Positions 54,107-64,000 of a DNA stretch of 64,000 nt are shown piece after piece. The notes beneath the pieces were generated by a model. That model was not told the origin of the DNA, made no database searches, and saw only the letters and a list, made by a program, of their open reading frames with translations. The stretch is from Alphaproteobacteria bacterium. Its GTDB lineage: Bacteria; Pseudomonadota; Alphaproteobacteria; GM7ARS4; G965262615. A program made the translations under genes and the position numbers. Every line of letters starts with the position of its first letter. Within the stretch, counting starts at the first letter, position 1. The stretch covers positions 416,001 to 480,000 of the forward strand of contig OZ253545.1 in the NCBI GenBank assembly GCA_965262615.1, in the 5' to 3' direction.

Positions 54107-54483
54107 GCTTTCTGTTTGGCGCAAAAAAGAACAAGCGTGCACCCAATTGGACACCATTGGTGGATGTCATTTTTCTTTTGCTGATTTTTTTCATGGTGAC
54201 CAGCTCCTTATCACACCCATCGGCACAGCCACTGGCGGCAACGGCCCATGGCAGTGGACAAGAGCCCATTCCTCTCTTGTTGGTGCGCCGCGATGGCTCT
54301 TTTGTGCTGAAGGGAGAGGAGATGAGTGAGTCGCAATTGCGTCTTGCTCTGCAGCCCGCTTCATTGGCTCGCGGCGTGACCGTGACGGTGGAAGAGGGCA
54401 TTACAATCGGTCGCATGGTGCGCGTGACCGATTGGCTACGGCGAGCTGGCATTGCGCCGTTGTTTTTCGCCGCAAAGCCGTGA
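54103..54483 (+). CDS. exbD: ExbD/TolR family protein
   Basis: TPLVDVIFLLLIFFMVT (conserved TM Asp). Confidence 0.9.
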   Translation: MSFLFGAKKNKRAPNWTPLVDVIFLLLIFFMVTSSLSHPSAQPLAATAHGSGQEPIPLLLVRRDGSFVLKGEEMSESQLRLALQPASLARGVTVTVEEGITIGRMVRVTDWLRRAGIAPLFFAAKP

Positions 54484-54487
54484 TGTC

Positions 54488-54871
54488 ATGCTGTTTGAAC
54501 CGTCCACGAAAAAGCAAGACAGCGGATTGAGTCTGATTCCGCTGATTAATATTGTTTTTTTGTTGTTATTGTTTTTTTTGGTGAGTGGCTCATGGCGAGA
54601 CTCGGTGGAGCGAGATGTGTCACTGCCCAGCAGTGACCAGCCATTGGAATCGTTGCATGATGGCGTGGCGGTGGTTTTGACTCATGATGGCACATGGCAC
54701 ATGGCAGGGCAGACGGTGACACTGCCGCAGCTGACACAGCAATTGCAAAGAGCGGGGCGCATTAACATTTATGCCGATGAGGCGGCGGCGGCATCCTCTT
54801 TGCTGGCATTACTGGCGGCGATGGAATCATCACAGTCTCAATTGTTTCTCATTGTGCGGCGCAGTCCATGA
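54488..54871 (+). CDS. exbD: Second ExbD/TolR family protein (TM Asp replaced by Asn)
   Basis: IPLINIVFLLLLFFLV, IYADEA. Confidence 0.85.
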   Translation: MLFEPSTKKQDSGLSLIPLINIVFLLLLFFLVSGSWRDSVERDVSLPSSDQPLESLHDGVAVVLTHDGTWHMAGQTVTLPQLTQQLQRAGRINIYADEAAAASSLLALLAAMESSQSQLFLIVRRSP

Positions 54872-55413
54872 CAGATAGGCAAGACAGATTGATTTTTTCG
54901 CTGGCGATGGCGGTGTCGGTGATGATTCATGCCGCCGTGCTTTGGGGCATGTCTTGGCGGGTGCATGAGCCTTCACCACCACAACGCCATTCTGTGACTC
55001 CATTGCAATTAATTCTGCTGCCCCGTGAGCAATCCTCTGTGGAGATTCCTGTCAAGAAGGAGGGTAGTACGCAATCAGAAGAAGATCCCGTGGCGGTGCA
55101 GCAACTCGTCAGGGAGCAACAATTAATCAAAGAGCAAAAAGCCGATTATTTCACCGTGCTGCACGCCATGATTGACGCATCCAAGACCTATCCCACGCGG
55201 GCATTGCGTCGGCGATTGGAGGGCAGCGTTGTGGTGCGGGTTGTGGTGGATGACATGGGCGCGCTGGTGTCGGCTGTGATTGCACAAGGCGATGAGACTT
55301 TTGAGGCGGCATCATTGGATGCGGTGCGCCGAGCCGCGCCTTTCCCGCCATTGCCATCATCACTGGGGGAGCGTTTGGTGTTTGATGTGCCACTTTATTA
55401 TCGCTTGCGCTGA
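54868..55413 (+). CDS. tonB: TonB family energy transducer
   Basis: TM with SxxxH (SVMIH); C-terminal YP..A.RR.LEG.V.V, AAPFPP. Confidence 0.85.
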   Translation: MTDRQDRLIFSLAMAVSVMIHAAVLWGMSWRVHEPSPPQRHSVTPLQLILLPREQSSVEIPVKKEGSTQSEEDPVAVQQLVREQQLIKEQKADYFTVLHAMIDASKTYPTRALRRRLEGSVVVRVVVDDMGALVSAVIAQGDETFEAASLDAVRRAAPFPPLPSSLGERLVFDVPLYYRLR

Positions 55414-55457
55414 GCTTGACCTAATGATGGCTCTTGCCTACAAGCAAAAGAGAGGAG

Positions 55458-55534
<77 letters not shown>

Positions 55535-55551
55535 CACAAAAGGATATCACC

Positions 55552-55920
55552 ATGCTTATGGCTGTTGCCATTGATTATTTGCCCGTCATCATATTTCTCG
55601 CCATGCTGTGCGGTCTGGCATTGGTGATGCTTTTGGCATCGTGGTTTGTGGCATGGCAAAAACCGTATGGCGCAAAGAATGCTCCCTACGAGTGTGGCTT
55701 TGACCCCTTTGAGCGCACCAAAGGACGATTTGACATTCGCTACGCTCTGGTGGCGGTGCTCTTTGTGATTTTTGACCTGGAGGTGGCATTTTTGTTTCCG
55801 TGGGCGGTGACGATTGGCGTGAATGGAATGGTGGGATTTTTTGCCATGATGATTTTTTTACTTATATTAACGGTGGGCTTTATCTATGAGTGGCAATCGG
55901 GGGCATTGGAGTGGGAATGA
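55552..55920 (+). CDS. nuoA: NADH-quinone oxidoreductase subunit A
   Basis: [30 protein letters not shown]. Confidence 0.96.
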   Translation: MLMAVAIDYLPVIIFLAMLCGLALVMLLASWFVAWQKPYGAKNAPYECGFDPFERTKGRFDIRYALVAVLFVIFDLEVAFLFPWAVTIGVNGMVGFFAMMIFLLILTVGFIYEWQSGALEWE

Positions 55921-55921
55921 C

Positions 55922-56422
55922 ATGATGAACCACAATGTCAGTGGCGACAAGGCGGGGCCTTTTGCTCAGCGTGGCTATGTGCTGGGTCAGTTGGATGAAA
56001 TGATTGGCTGGGCGCGTGCTGGGTCACTCTGGCCCATGACTTTTGGACTCGCCTGTTGCGCCGTGGAGATGATGCAAGCCGCCGCCAGTCGCTACGATTT
56101 TGACCGTTACGGCATTGTGCTGAGACCCTCGCCGCGCCAATCGGATGTCATGATTGTGGCGGGCACGCTCACCAACAAGATGGCGCCCGCTTTGCGCCGC
56201 GTCTATGACCAGATGGCAGAGCCGCGCTGGGTGATTTCTATGGGGTCATGTGCCAATGGGGGTGGGTATTATCATTATTCCTACTCGGTGGTGCGGGGGT
56301 GTGACCGCATTGTCCCTGTGGATATTTATGTGCCCGGATGCCCTCCCACGGCGGAGGCGTTGCTCTATGGATTGATGCGCCTTAAGAAAAAAGTAAGGCG
56401 AGAGAGCGGAATCAGACGATGA
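55922..56422 (+). CDS. nuoB: NADH-quinone oxidoreductase subunit B
   Basis: [26 protein letters not shown]. Confidence 0.97.
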   Translation: MMNHNVSGDKAGPFAQRGYVLGQLDEMIGWARAGSLWPMTFGLACCAVEMMQAAASRYDFDRYGIVLRPSPRQSDVMIVAGTLTNKMAPALRRVYDQMAEPRWVISMGSCANGGGYYHYSYSVVRGCDRIVPVDIYVPGCPPTAEALLYGLMRLKKKVRRESGIRR

Positions 56423-57003
56423 GCGCAATTTTGCAAGACATCAAGGAGCGGCTGGTACAGCAAGCGGGCGACGATGTCCATTTTGACAACGACCATCAGT
56501 GTGTGGTGGAACTCTCTGCCATTCGCTCTGTGCTCACTTTTTTGCGTAATGATCCGGTGTGTGCCTTTGAGCAATTGACCGATGTGTGCGGTGTGGATTA
56601 TCTGGGACGCAAACCGCGTTTTGATGTGGTGTATCATCTCTTGAGTTTGCAGCGCAATGTGCGTGTGCGTCTGCGGGTGGCGGTGGATGAGGACGGCATT
56701 GTTCCCAGTGTGACATCCATCTGGGCGTGTGCCTCATGGTATGAGCGCGAGGTGTGGGATATGTTTGGCATTGCGTTCGGCGACCATCCCGATTTGCGCC
56801 GCATCCTCACCGACTATGAGTTTGATGGTTATCCACTGCGAAAAGATTTTCCTCTCAGTGGTCATCACGAGGTGCATTATGATGAAGCCACGCAGCAGTT
56901 GCGCCGTGTGCCCGTGCAGTTGGCGCAAGGATATCGTGATTTTGATTTTGAAAGCCCCTGGCAAGGCATGATGTCTGCCAGTCGCCCACGAGATGACTCA
57001 TGA
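56419..57003 (+). CDS. nuoC: NADH-quinone oxidoreductase subunit C
   Basis: [30 protein letters not shown]. Confidence 0.96.
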   Translation: MSAILQDIKERLVQQAGDDVHFDNDHQCVVELSAIRSVLTFLRNDPVCAFEQLTDVCGVDYLGRKPRFDVVYHLLSLQRNVRVRLRVAVDEDGIVPSVTSIWACASWYEREVWDMFGIAFGDHPDLRRILTDYEFDGYPLRKDFPLSGHHEVHYDEATQQLRRVPVQLAQGYRDFDFESPWQGMMSASRPRDDS

Positions 57004-58178
57004 CACGGGACGACGATGGGCGATATTTTTTGAATTTCGGACCGCAGCATCCCGCCGCGCATGGAGTGTTGCGTCTGGTTTTGCAGATGGACGGCGAAGT
57101 GGTGGAGCGCGCCGACCCTCACATCGGATTCTTGCACAGAGGCACGGAAAAGCTCATTGAGCACAAGAGCTATTTGCAGGCATTGCCGTATTTTGACCGT
57201 CTGGATTATGTCGCGCCGATGGCTCAAGAGCATGCGTGGGCATTGGCGGTGGAGCAATTGTTACAGCTGAAAGCGCCTCCTCGAGCCCAAGCCATTCGTG
57301 TTTTGTTTGCCGAATTGAGTCGCTTGCTCAATCACGCTCTCAATGTGACCACCTTTGCTTTGGATGTGGGGGCGATGACGCCTGTTTTTTGGCTTTTTGA
57401 AGAGCGCGAAAAAATGATGGATTTTTATGAACGGGTCTCGGGCTCTCGTATGCATGCGGCGTATGTGCGTCCTGGCGGGGTGCAGCGGGATTTGCCACAC
57501 GGGTTGCTGGATGACCTCAGTGATTTTATCGCTCACATGCCCAAAGTCATCAAGGAGATGGAGCAGTTGTTGGATGACAATCGTATTTTTCGTCAGCGCA
57601 CGGTGGATATCGGCGTGTGTGCGGCGGAAGATGCCATCGCATGGGGATTCACGGGACCGTGTTTGCGAGCCTCAGGGGTGGCGTGGGATTTGCGTAAAGC
57701 GCAGCCCTATGATGGCTACGACCAATTGGAATTTGATATCCCCGTTGGCTCTGCGGGTGATTGTTTTGATCGCTATCGGGTGCGGGTGTTGGAGATGTAT
57801 CAAAGTCTTGCCATCATGAAGCAGGTGATTGAACGCATGCCCAAGGGTGACATCATGACATCAGACGGCAAAGTCGCGCCGCCCACCCGCCAAGAAATGA
57901 AGGAATCTATGGAGGCACTCATTCATCATTTTAAATTGTATACGGAGGGCTATCATGTGCCTGCGGGCGAACTGTATTGTGCGGTGGAAGCTCCCAAAGG
58001 AGAGTTTGGCGTTTTTCTCATTGCCGATGGCAGTGCGCGTCCGTATCGGTGTAAGATTCGTGCCCCTGGGTTTCCTATTTTGCAGTCCTTTGATTTTTTG
58101 ACGCGCGGCGCAATGCTGGCAGATGTGGCGGCTATTTTGGGCAGCTTGGATATTGTCTTTGGAGAAATTGACCGATGA
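57000..58178 (+). CDS. nuoD: NADH-quinone oxidoreductase subunit D
   Basis: [34 protein letters not shown]. Confidence 0.98.
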   Translation: MTRDDDGRYFLNFGPQHPAAHGVLRLVLQMDGEVVERADPHIGFLHRGTEKLIEHKSYLQALPYFDRLDYVAPMAQEHAWALAVEQLLQLKAPPRAQAIRVLFAELSRLLNHALNVTTFALDVGAMTPVFWLFEEREKMMDFYERVSGSRMHAAYVRPGGVQRDLPHGLLDDLSDFIAHMPKVIKEMEQLLDDNRIFRQRTVDIGVCAAEDAIAWGFTGPCLRASGVAWDLRKAQPYDGYDQLEFDIPVGSAGDCFDRYRVRVLEMYQSLAIMKQVIERMPKGDIMTSDGKVAPPTRQEMKESMEALIHHFKLYTEGYHVPAGELYCAVEAPKGEFGVFLIADGSARPYRCKIRAPGFPILQSFDFLTRGAMLADVAAILGSLDIVFGEIDR

Positions 58179-58639
58179 GTGATTTTTCGTTCAGCTCAGA
58201 AGATGAGGATTATATCACCGATGTGCTGGCTCGCTATCCGCAAGGTCGTGAGGCGAGTGCGGTGATGCCTCTGCTGACGCTGGCACAAAGGCGCGGCGGC
58301 GGACACCTCACCCGCGCCGCTATGGATGCGGTGGCACGGCGACTGTCAATGTCTCCTGTGCGGGTCTATGAGGTTGCCCATTTTTATTCTTTGTATCACC
58401 ATCGCCCGGTGGGCAAAAAGCAGATTCATGTGTGCACCTCCATCTCTTGTTGGTTGCGAGGGGCATCGGGTTTGTTGGCAATGGCGCGCTCGCTGGAATC
58501 TGATGGGGTGTCGGTGCATGAGACGCAATGTCTGGGCGCGTGTGTCCATGCTCCTGTGGTGATGATGGATGACAGCTATCATGAGCAGGTGAACGCCCCT
58601 CAATTGGCTCGGATAATGAAGGGTGCTTCCGATGCTTAA
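58175..58639 (+). CDS. nuoE: NADH-quinone oxidoreductase subunit E
   Basis: [25 protein letters not shown]. Confidence 0.93.
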   Translation: MSDFSFSSEDEDYITDVLARYPQGREASAVMPLLTLAQRRGGGHLTRAAMDAVARRLSMSPVRVYEVAHFYSLYHHRPVGKKQIHVCTSISCWLRGASGLLAMARSLESDGVSVHETQCLGACVHAPVVMMDDSYHEQVNAPQLARIMKGASDA

Positions 58640-59930
58640 GACAAAAGATCGCATTTTTACCAATTTGCAAGGCATGGAGGAGTGGCATCTGCAGGCGGCA
58701 AAAAAGCGCGGGTGTTACCACAATGTGACCGAGATTTTGCAAAAATCCAGAGCCGAGATTATTGGCGAGGTGACCCAATCGGGTCTGCGGGGGCGTGGCG
58801 GCGCGGGATTTTCCACTGGCAAGAAGTGGTCATTTATTCCCTCATCGCAGGACACGCCGTGTTATGTGGTGGTCAATGCCGATGAGGGCGAGCCGGGCAC
58901 ATGCAAAGATCGCGATATTATGCGCTATGAGCCCCATCGCTTGCTGGAGGGAACAATGATTGCCTGTGCCGCCATTGGTGCGCGTGTGGCTTATATCTAT
59001 ATCAGAGGCGAATTTGCTCATGAGGGAGCGATTGTTGAAGAAGCCATTGGGGAAGCTTACGCAGCTGGCTTGCTGGGAGACAATGCGGCACAATCGGGAC
59101 TTGCCATTGATTTTTTCGTTCATTATGGCGCGGGGGCGTATATTTGCGGCGAAGAGAGTGCGCTGCTGGAGAGTCTTGAAGGACGCAAAGGACAGCCGCG
59201 TCTCAAGCCTCCCTATCCAGCCGAGGTGGGACTTTATGGATGTCCCACGCTGGTGAATAATGTGGAGACGCTGGCTGTTGTGCCGGAGATTATGCGGCGC
59301 GGCGCGGCATGGTTCGCCTCTATGGGACGGCACAATAATCACGGCAGCAAGATTTTTTGCATCAGTGGCCATGTCAATAAGCCGTGCAATGTGGAAGAGG
59401 AGATGGGCGTGCCACTGCGCTGGCTCATTGAGACTTATGCGGGCGGCGTGCGCGGCGGATGGCACAATCTGCTCGCCGTCATTCCGGGAGGCAGCTCCGT
59501 GCCGATTTTGCCAGCCTCTGTCTGTGACGCTATCACGATGGATTTTGACGCATTGCAACGGCATCATTCCGCGTTGGGAACGGGGGCGGTGATTGTCATG
59601 GATCGCAGCACCGATATTGTCAAATGCATGGCGCATCTCATGGCGTTTTACAAACACGAATCGTGCGGACAATGCACGCCGTGTCGTGAGGGCAGTGGAT
59701 GGGTCTGGCGGCTTCTGGATAAAATCGCAAACGGCAAGGGGTCTATGGAGGATATTGAGCTGTTGGAACAGCTCACCCATCAGATTGAAGGACACACCAT
59801 CTGTGCCTTTGGGGAAGCCGTCTCTTGGCCCATTCAGGGATTGCTGCGGCATTTTCGCGATGCGGTGGAGCAAAAAGTAACGCCTTCTGCTCACGCCGTC
59901 ACACAGGAGGCGAATCTATGCCTCAATTGA
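58632..59930 (+). CDS. nuoF: NADH-quinone oxidoreductase subunit F
   Basis: [39 protein letters not shown]. Confidence 0.97.
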   Translation: MLKTKDRIFTNLQGMEEWHLQAAKKRGCYHNVTEILQKSRAEIIGEVTQSGLRGRGGAGFSTGKKWSFIPSSQDTPCYVVVNADEGEPGTCKDRDIMRYEPHRLLEGTMIACAAIGARVAYIYIRGEFAHEGAIVEEAIGEAYAAGLLGDNAAQSGLAIDFFVHYGAGAYICGEESALLESLEGRKGQPRLKPPYPAEVGLYGCPTLVNNVETLAVVPEIMRRGAAWFASMGRHNNHGSKIFCISGHVNKPCNVEEEMGVPLRWLIETYAGGVRGGWHNLLAVIPGGSSVPILPASVCDAITMDFDALQRHHSALGTGAVIVMDRSTDIVKCMAHLMAFYKHESCGQCTPCREGSGWVWRLLDKIANGKGSMEDIELLEQLTHQIEGHTICAFGEAVSWPIQGLLRHFRDAVEQKVTPSAHAVTQEANLCLN

Positions 59931-61960
59931 TTATCAATGGCACACCCATTGAGGTGGCACAGGGGCTCACGCTGATGCAGGCGTGTGAGCAGGCGGGGAT
60001 TGAAATTCCTCATTTTTGTTATCATGAGCGATTGTCCATAGCGGGCAATTGTCGCATGTGTCTGGTGGAACTCAAAGGCAGTCATAAACCCATCGCCTCG
60101 TGTGCCATGGCGGTGCAAGACGGCATGGAAGTCACGACCGACAGCGAGACGGTGCGCAAAGCGCGCCATGGCGTGATGGAATTTCTCCTTGCCAACCATC
60201 CGCTGGATTGTCCCATTTGCGACCAAGGCGGCGAGTGTGACTTGCAAGACCAAGCCGTCGCCTACGGACGCTCATACTCACGATTTCAGGAAGAAAAGAG
60301 AGCCTTTGCCGATGATGATTGGGGGCCTCTCATCAAAACTCATATGACGCGCTGTATTCATTGTATGCGGTGTGTGCGTTTTGCCACGGAGGTGGCGGGG
60401 GTGGAGGAAATCGGCTCGCTGGGCAGAGGCGAAGAGACGCAGATTATCCCCACCATTGAAAAAACCCTCACTTCCGAATTGTCTGGCAACATTATTGATT
60501 TGTGTCCTGTGGGCGCGCTCACCTCCAAGCCCTATGCCTACAAGGCACGCCCGTGGGAACTGGAGAGCACCTACAGCATTGATGTCATGGATGCCATGGG
60601 AAGTCATATTCAGGTGGATGCCCGCGGGCGCGAGGTCATGCGAGTTTTGCCCAGAGAATGTGATGACATCAATGAAGAGTGGATCAGCGACACGGCGCGT
60701 TTTTCTTATGACGGCTTGGCTTTGCAGAGATTGGATCGTCCGTGGGTGCGCGAGAACGGTCGCTTGCGATCGGTCTCATGGGAGCGGGCATTGGAATTCA
60801 TTGAGGGCACATTGAAAAAAGCTGATGGTGCGACCATGGCGGCTCTGGCAGGAGATTTGTGCTGTGGAGAATCCATGATGGTGCTGGGGGATCTACTGGA
60901 TTTCTACAACTGCCCGCACAGAGATTGCCGTCAGGACGGGGCATTGTTTGATGGCTCACAAGCGGCGGGGTATGTGTTTGGTGGCGGCTTTGCGAGCGTT
61001 GATGAGACTGATGCCTGTTTGCTGGTGGGATGCGATTTGCGTCACGATGCCCCTTTGCTTCATAGCCGCTTGTTGCGCCGCGTCATGCACGATGACATCC
61101 CTCTGGCATTCATCGGACAACGCCAGCCGCATGATATTCTGCCCTATGAGCATCTGGGTGAAAACACCGACGCTTTGCTGGATTTGCAACAAAGCCCCTT
61201 TGCTCAATCATTGAACAAGGCACAAAAACCCATGCTGATGGTGGGAATGGATGCCTTCACGATGCCACAGGGGATGCTGGTGCATCATGTTTTGTATCAG
61301 TTGGCACAGCGGTATGAGTTGGTGCGGGATGATTGGTGGGGGTTTAATGTGGTGCATCGGGCGGCGGCGCGGGTGGCGGGACTCGCCTTGAACTTTCTGC
61401 CGCGCCCCGAAGGATGGCACACAAAAATCATTGTTGATGAGGCACAAAAGGGCACAATCGGAATCCTCTGGTTGCTCGCCGCCGATGAGGCTCTGCCCTC
61501 TGATTTCAAAAAAAGCAAAGACACCTGCATCATCTATCTGGGGCATCATGGTGACACCGCCGCCCACCATGCCGATGTCATTTTGCCCACCGCCGCCTAT
61601 ACCGAAAAAAATGCCACCTACATTAACAGTGAAGGGCGGGTGCAACAGACGCACAAAGCCGTATCGCCGCCCGGACTTGCTCAAGAGGATTGGATTGTGC
61701 TGGCTGAAATCGCTCGCCGATTGAAAATTCCTTTGGACTATCATGACAAGCCCTCCTTGCGTCAGGTCATGAGTCGCCGTCATCCACTGTTTCTCAATCG
61801 GGATCGGCACGAAAAGCCCCAGTGGCGCGCGTTTGGTGCTGAGGGAAATTGTTCTGGTCTAATTTTGCCGTCTCGTGAGACGAATTTTTATTTAAGCAAC
61901 GCCATCTTGCGGGCATCACCCGTGATGGCTTCCTGTGCGCGGTTGGCTCGGTCGTCATGA
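59918..61960 (+). CDS. nuoG: NADH-quinone oxidoreductase subunit G
   Basis: [44 protein letters not shown]; GGAGG RBS. Confidence 0.97.
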   Translation: MPQLIINGTPIEVAQGLTLMQACEQAGIEIPHFCYHERLSIAGNCRMCLVELKGSHKPIASCAMAVQDGMEVTTDSETVRKARHGVMEFLLANHPLDCPICDQGGECDLQDQAVAYGRSYSRFQEEKRAFADDDWGPLIKTHMTRCIHCMRCVRFATEVAGVEEIGSLGRGEETQIIPTIEKTLTSELSGNIIDLCPVGALTSKPYAYKARPWELESTYSIDVMDAMGSHIQVDARGREVMRVLPRECDDINEEWISDTARFSYDGLALQRLDRPWVRENGRLRSVSWERALEFIEGTLKKADGATMAALAGDLCCGESMMVLGDLLDFYNCPHRDCRQDGALFDGSQAAGYVFGGGFASVDETDACLLVGCDLRHDAPLLHSRLLRRVMHDDIPLAFIGQRQPHDILPYEHLGENTDALLDLQQSPFAQSLNKAQKPMLMVGMDAFTMPQGMLVHHVLYQLAQRYELVRDDWWGFNVVHRAAARVAGLALNFLPRPEGWHTKIIVDEAQKGTIGILWLLAADEALPSDFKKSKDTCIIYLGHHGDTAAHHADVILPTAAYTEKNATYINSEGRVQQTHKAVSPPGLAQEDWIVLAEIARRLKIPLDYHDKPSLRQVMSRRHPLFLNRDRHEKPQWRAFGAEGNCSGLILPSRETNFYLSNAILRASPVMASCARLARSS

Positions 61961-62952
61961 TGCATCCGTTGTTACTGTCGGTGGCACATGGGCTTGTGTT
62001 GATTGTGGGGGTTTTGTTTGCCACGGCGTGGCTCACATGGTTGGAGCGTAAAATTCTCGCCGCCGCCCACTGGAGACGAGGGCCTCAAGTGGTGGGGGTG
62101 TTTGGATTGTTGCAACCCGTTGCCGATGGCATCAAGGCTCTCACAAAAGAAACCATTGTGCCGCACGGAGCGCAGACCTTTCTCTTTGTTCTTGCACCTG
62201 CCCTTACTTTTGTCTGTGCTTTGCTCGCGTGGGCGGTCATTCCTTTTGATGAGGGATGGGTGATGGCGGATGTCAATGTGGGGGTGCTTTATATTTTTGC
62301 CGTCTCATCATTAGGTGTCTATGGCATCATCATTGCCGGATGGGCGAGCAATTCACGCTATGCATTCTTAGGAGCAATGCGCTCGGCAGCTCAGATGATC
62401 TCCTACGAACTTGCCATTGGCTTTATTCTGGTGACGGTCATCATTCTCGCCGGGTCTCTCAATTTATCCGATATTGTGCGGGCGCAACAAAATCTGTGGT
62501 TTGCCATTCCACTGTTTCCTGTGTTTGTCATGTTTATCATCTGTGCCCTTGCCGAGACCAATCGCGCCCCGTTTGACCTGCCCGAAGCCGAAGCCGAACT
62601 GGTCGCCGGATACAATGTGGAATACTCATCCCTCACCTTTGCCCTCTTTTTTCTCGCAGAATATGCCAACATGCTGCTGATGGCTGCCATGACCACCATC
62701 CTCTTTCTCGGTGGATGGTTGCCGTTTTATGACATTGCACCTTTGAATCTCATCCCTGGCATTGTTTGGTTTATGCTCAAAATGACGCTGGTCATCGTGT
62801 TGTTCATTGTGGCGCGCGCCAGTTTTCCTCGCTATCGCTATGACCAATTGATGCGCTTGGGATGGAAAATTTTTCTGCCCTTATCGCTTTTTTGGCTGGT
62901 GGTGGTATCATGCTATGTTTTTATCACCTCGGCTTATGGATGGACATCATGA
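61957..62952 (+). CDS. nuoH: NADH-quinone oxidoreductase subunit H
   Basis: [41 protein letters not shown]. Confidence 0.97.
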   Translation: MMHPLLLSVAHGLVLIVGVLFATAWLTWLERKILAAAHWRRGPQVVGVFGLLQPVADGIKALTKETIVPHGAQTFLFVLAPALTFVCALLAWAVIPFDEGWVMADVNVGVLYIFAVSSLGVYGIIIAGWASNSRYAFLGAMRSAAQMISYELAIGFILVTVIILAGSLNLSDIVRAQQNLWFAIPLFPVFVMFIICALAETNRAPFDLPEAEAELVAGYNVEYSSLTFALFFLAEYANMLLMAAMTTILFLGGWLPFYDIAPLNLIPGIVWFMLKMTLVIVLFIVARASFPRYRYDQLMRLGWKIFLPLSLFWLVVVSCYVFITSAYGWTS

Positions 62953-63452
62953 GAGGCTTATTTTCCAAAGCGCGCGCCTTTTTGCTGCTGGATATGATGA
63001 AGGGCTTGTTGTTGGTGGCGCGAGCGATGCTGCGGCGCAAGGTCACGATTTTCTATCCTCATGAAAAAACGCCTCTTTCCCCTCGTTTTCGCGGCGAACA
63101 CGCATTGCGGCGATATCCTTCCGGAGAAGAACGGTGCATAGCATGCAAACTGTGTGAGGCGGTGTGTCCCGCTCAAGCCATCACCATTGAAGCCTATGTG
63201 GATGATGATCAAATCAGGCGAGCGTCCCGCTATGACATTGATATGACCAAGTGCATCTATTGTGGCTATTGCGAAGAAGCGTGTCCTGTGGATGCCATCG
63301 TGGAGGGGCCCAATTTTGAATTCGCCACCGAGACGCGCGAAGAGCTCATTTATGACAAAGAACGCCTTCTTGCCAATGGCGATCGCTGGGAGAGCATTCT
63401 TGCTGCGCGCCTTGCTCACGAGCGCGACCAAACGACACGCGAGGGACAATGA
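62949..63452 (+). CDS. nuoI: NADH-quinone oxidoreductase subunit I
   Basis: [12 protein letters not shown] and [12 protein letters not shown]. Confidence 0.97.
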   Translation: MRGLFSKARAFLLLDMMKGLLLVARAMLRRKVTIFYPHEKTPLSPRFRGEHALRRYPSGEERCIACKLCEAVCPAQAITIEAYVDDDQIRRASRYDIDMTKCIYCGYCEEACPVDAIVEGPNFEFATETREELIYDKERLLANGDRWESILAARLAHERDQTTREGQ

Positions 63453-64000
63453 ATCAATTGTTGTTTTATCTGCCCGCGGTTCTCATCACCGTGAGCGCGA
63501 TGACGGTTGTGGGGGCGCGCAATCCTGTCTATGGCGTTTTTGCCCTTATTCTCGCTTTTTTCAATGGCGCGGCTTTGTGTTTGATGCTGGGGGCGGAACT
63601 CATCGCTATGGTGATTCTCATCGTTTATGTGGGCGCGGTGGCGGTGCTTTTTTTGTTTGTGGTGATGATGCTGGACATTGACGGCGCAATCAAAGACGCG
63701 CGCCTGACGCAATACCTGCCTTTGGCATCATTGCTGGCTGCCATTTTGTTTCTTGAATTGCTGTTTTTCATTCGCATCTCGCTCAGTGAGGTTTCTGTGT
63801 CCGCCGCCTCATCACCCACCATCACCAATGCCGAGGCTTTGGGACGAGTCATCTACACCGATTACATGCCGTTGTTTGAAATCGCCGCCTTGATTTTGTT
63901 GGTGGCGATGGTGGGGGCGATTATTCTCATGAATCATCACAGGCGCAGGCAGCGACAGGATGTCATGCACCAAACAGACAGCGCACGCAAAGAGTCGGTT
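63449..64000 (+). CDS. nuoJ: NADH-quinone oxidoreductase subunit J (3'-truncated by window edge; absent from ORF track)
   Basis: ATGA overlap with nuoI; reads MNQLLFY...ARNPVY...[19 protein letters not shown]. Confidence 0.93.
   Translation, partial: MNQLLFYLPAVLITVSAMTVVGARNPVYGVFALILAFFNGAALCLMLGAELIAMVILIVYVGAVAVLFLFVVMMLDIDGAIKDARLTQYLPLASLLAAILFLELLFFIRISLSEVSVSAASSPTITNAEALGRVIYTDYMPLFEIAALILLVAMVGAIILMNHHRRRQRQDVMHQTDSARKESV

Overview
A 64 kb stretch of a compact alphaproteobacterial chromosome. The taxonomy is inferred from the class I LysRS, type II ThrB, DUF2849-CysI-DUF934 and tRNA-Asp/nuoA arrangement. Most of it is densely packed, often overlapping housekeeping genes: end of atpDC, ctpA/envC/gpmI, greA-carB-lysS, sulfite reductase, dcd-dapE, truA-fmt, pgk-fba-rpe-pyrC, queCED/queG, gatCA, DsbD/ScsB-Prx, ctaA, cysH-cysD-cysNC, groESL with a variant CIRCE, pqqBCDE, exbBDD-tonB, tRNA-Asp and nuoA-J. 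The most promising uncharacterised elements are five. (1) A four-gene module at 32444-34815, in an operon with ctaA, that looks like a non-canonical MotA/ExbB-type ion-driven motor; its second subunit has a TM aspartate followed by a YfaP/DUF2135-like domain. (2) An AT-rich ParB-like/HEPN-like gene plus a Dam-type methylase, inserted antisense inside the pqq operon. (3) An AT-rich island after groEL with a Schlafen/AlbA_2 protein and a Panacea antitoxin followed by a membrane protein. (4) A 1170 aa GltD/NfnL-NfnS-like fusion coupled to the sulfate assimilation genes. (5) Near-total absence, by eye, of the tetranucleotide ACGT. pqqE carries a 1-bp frameshift and no pqqA was found. All family assignments come from motif recognition, not database searches.
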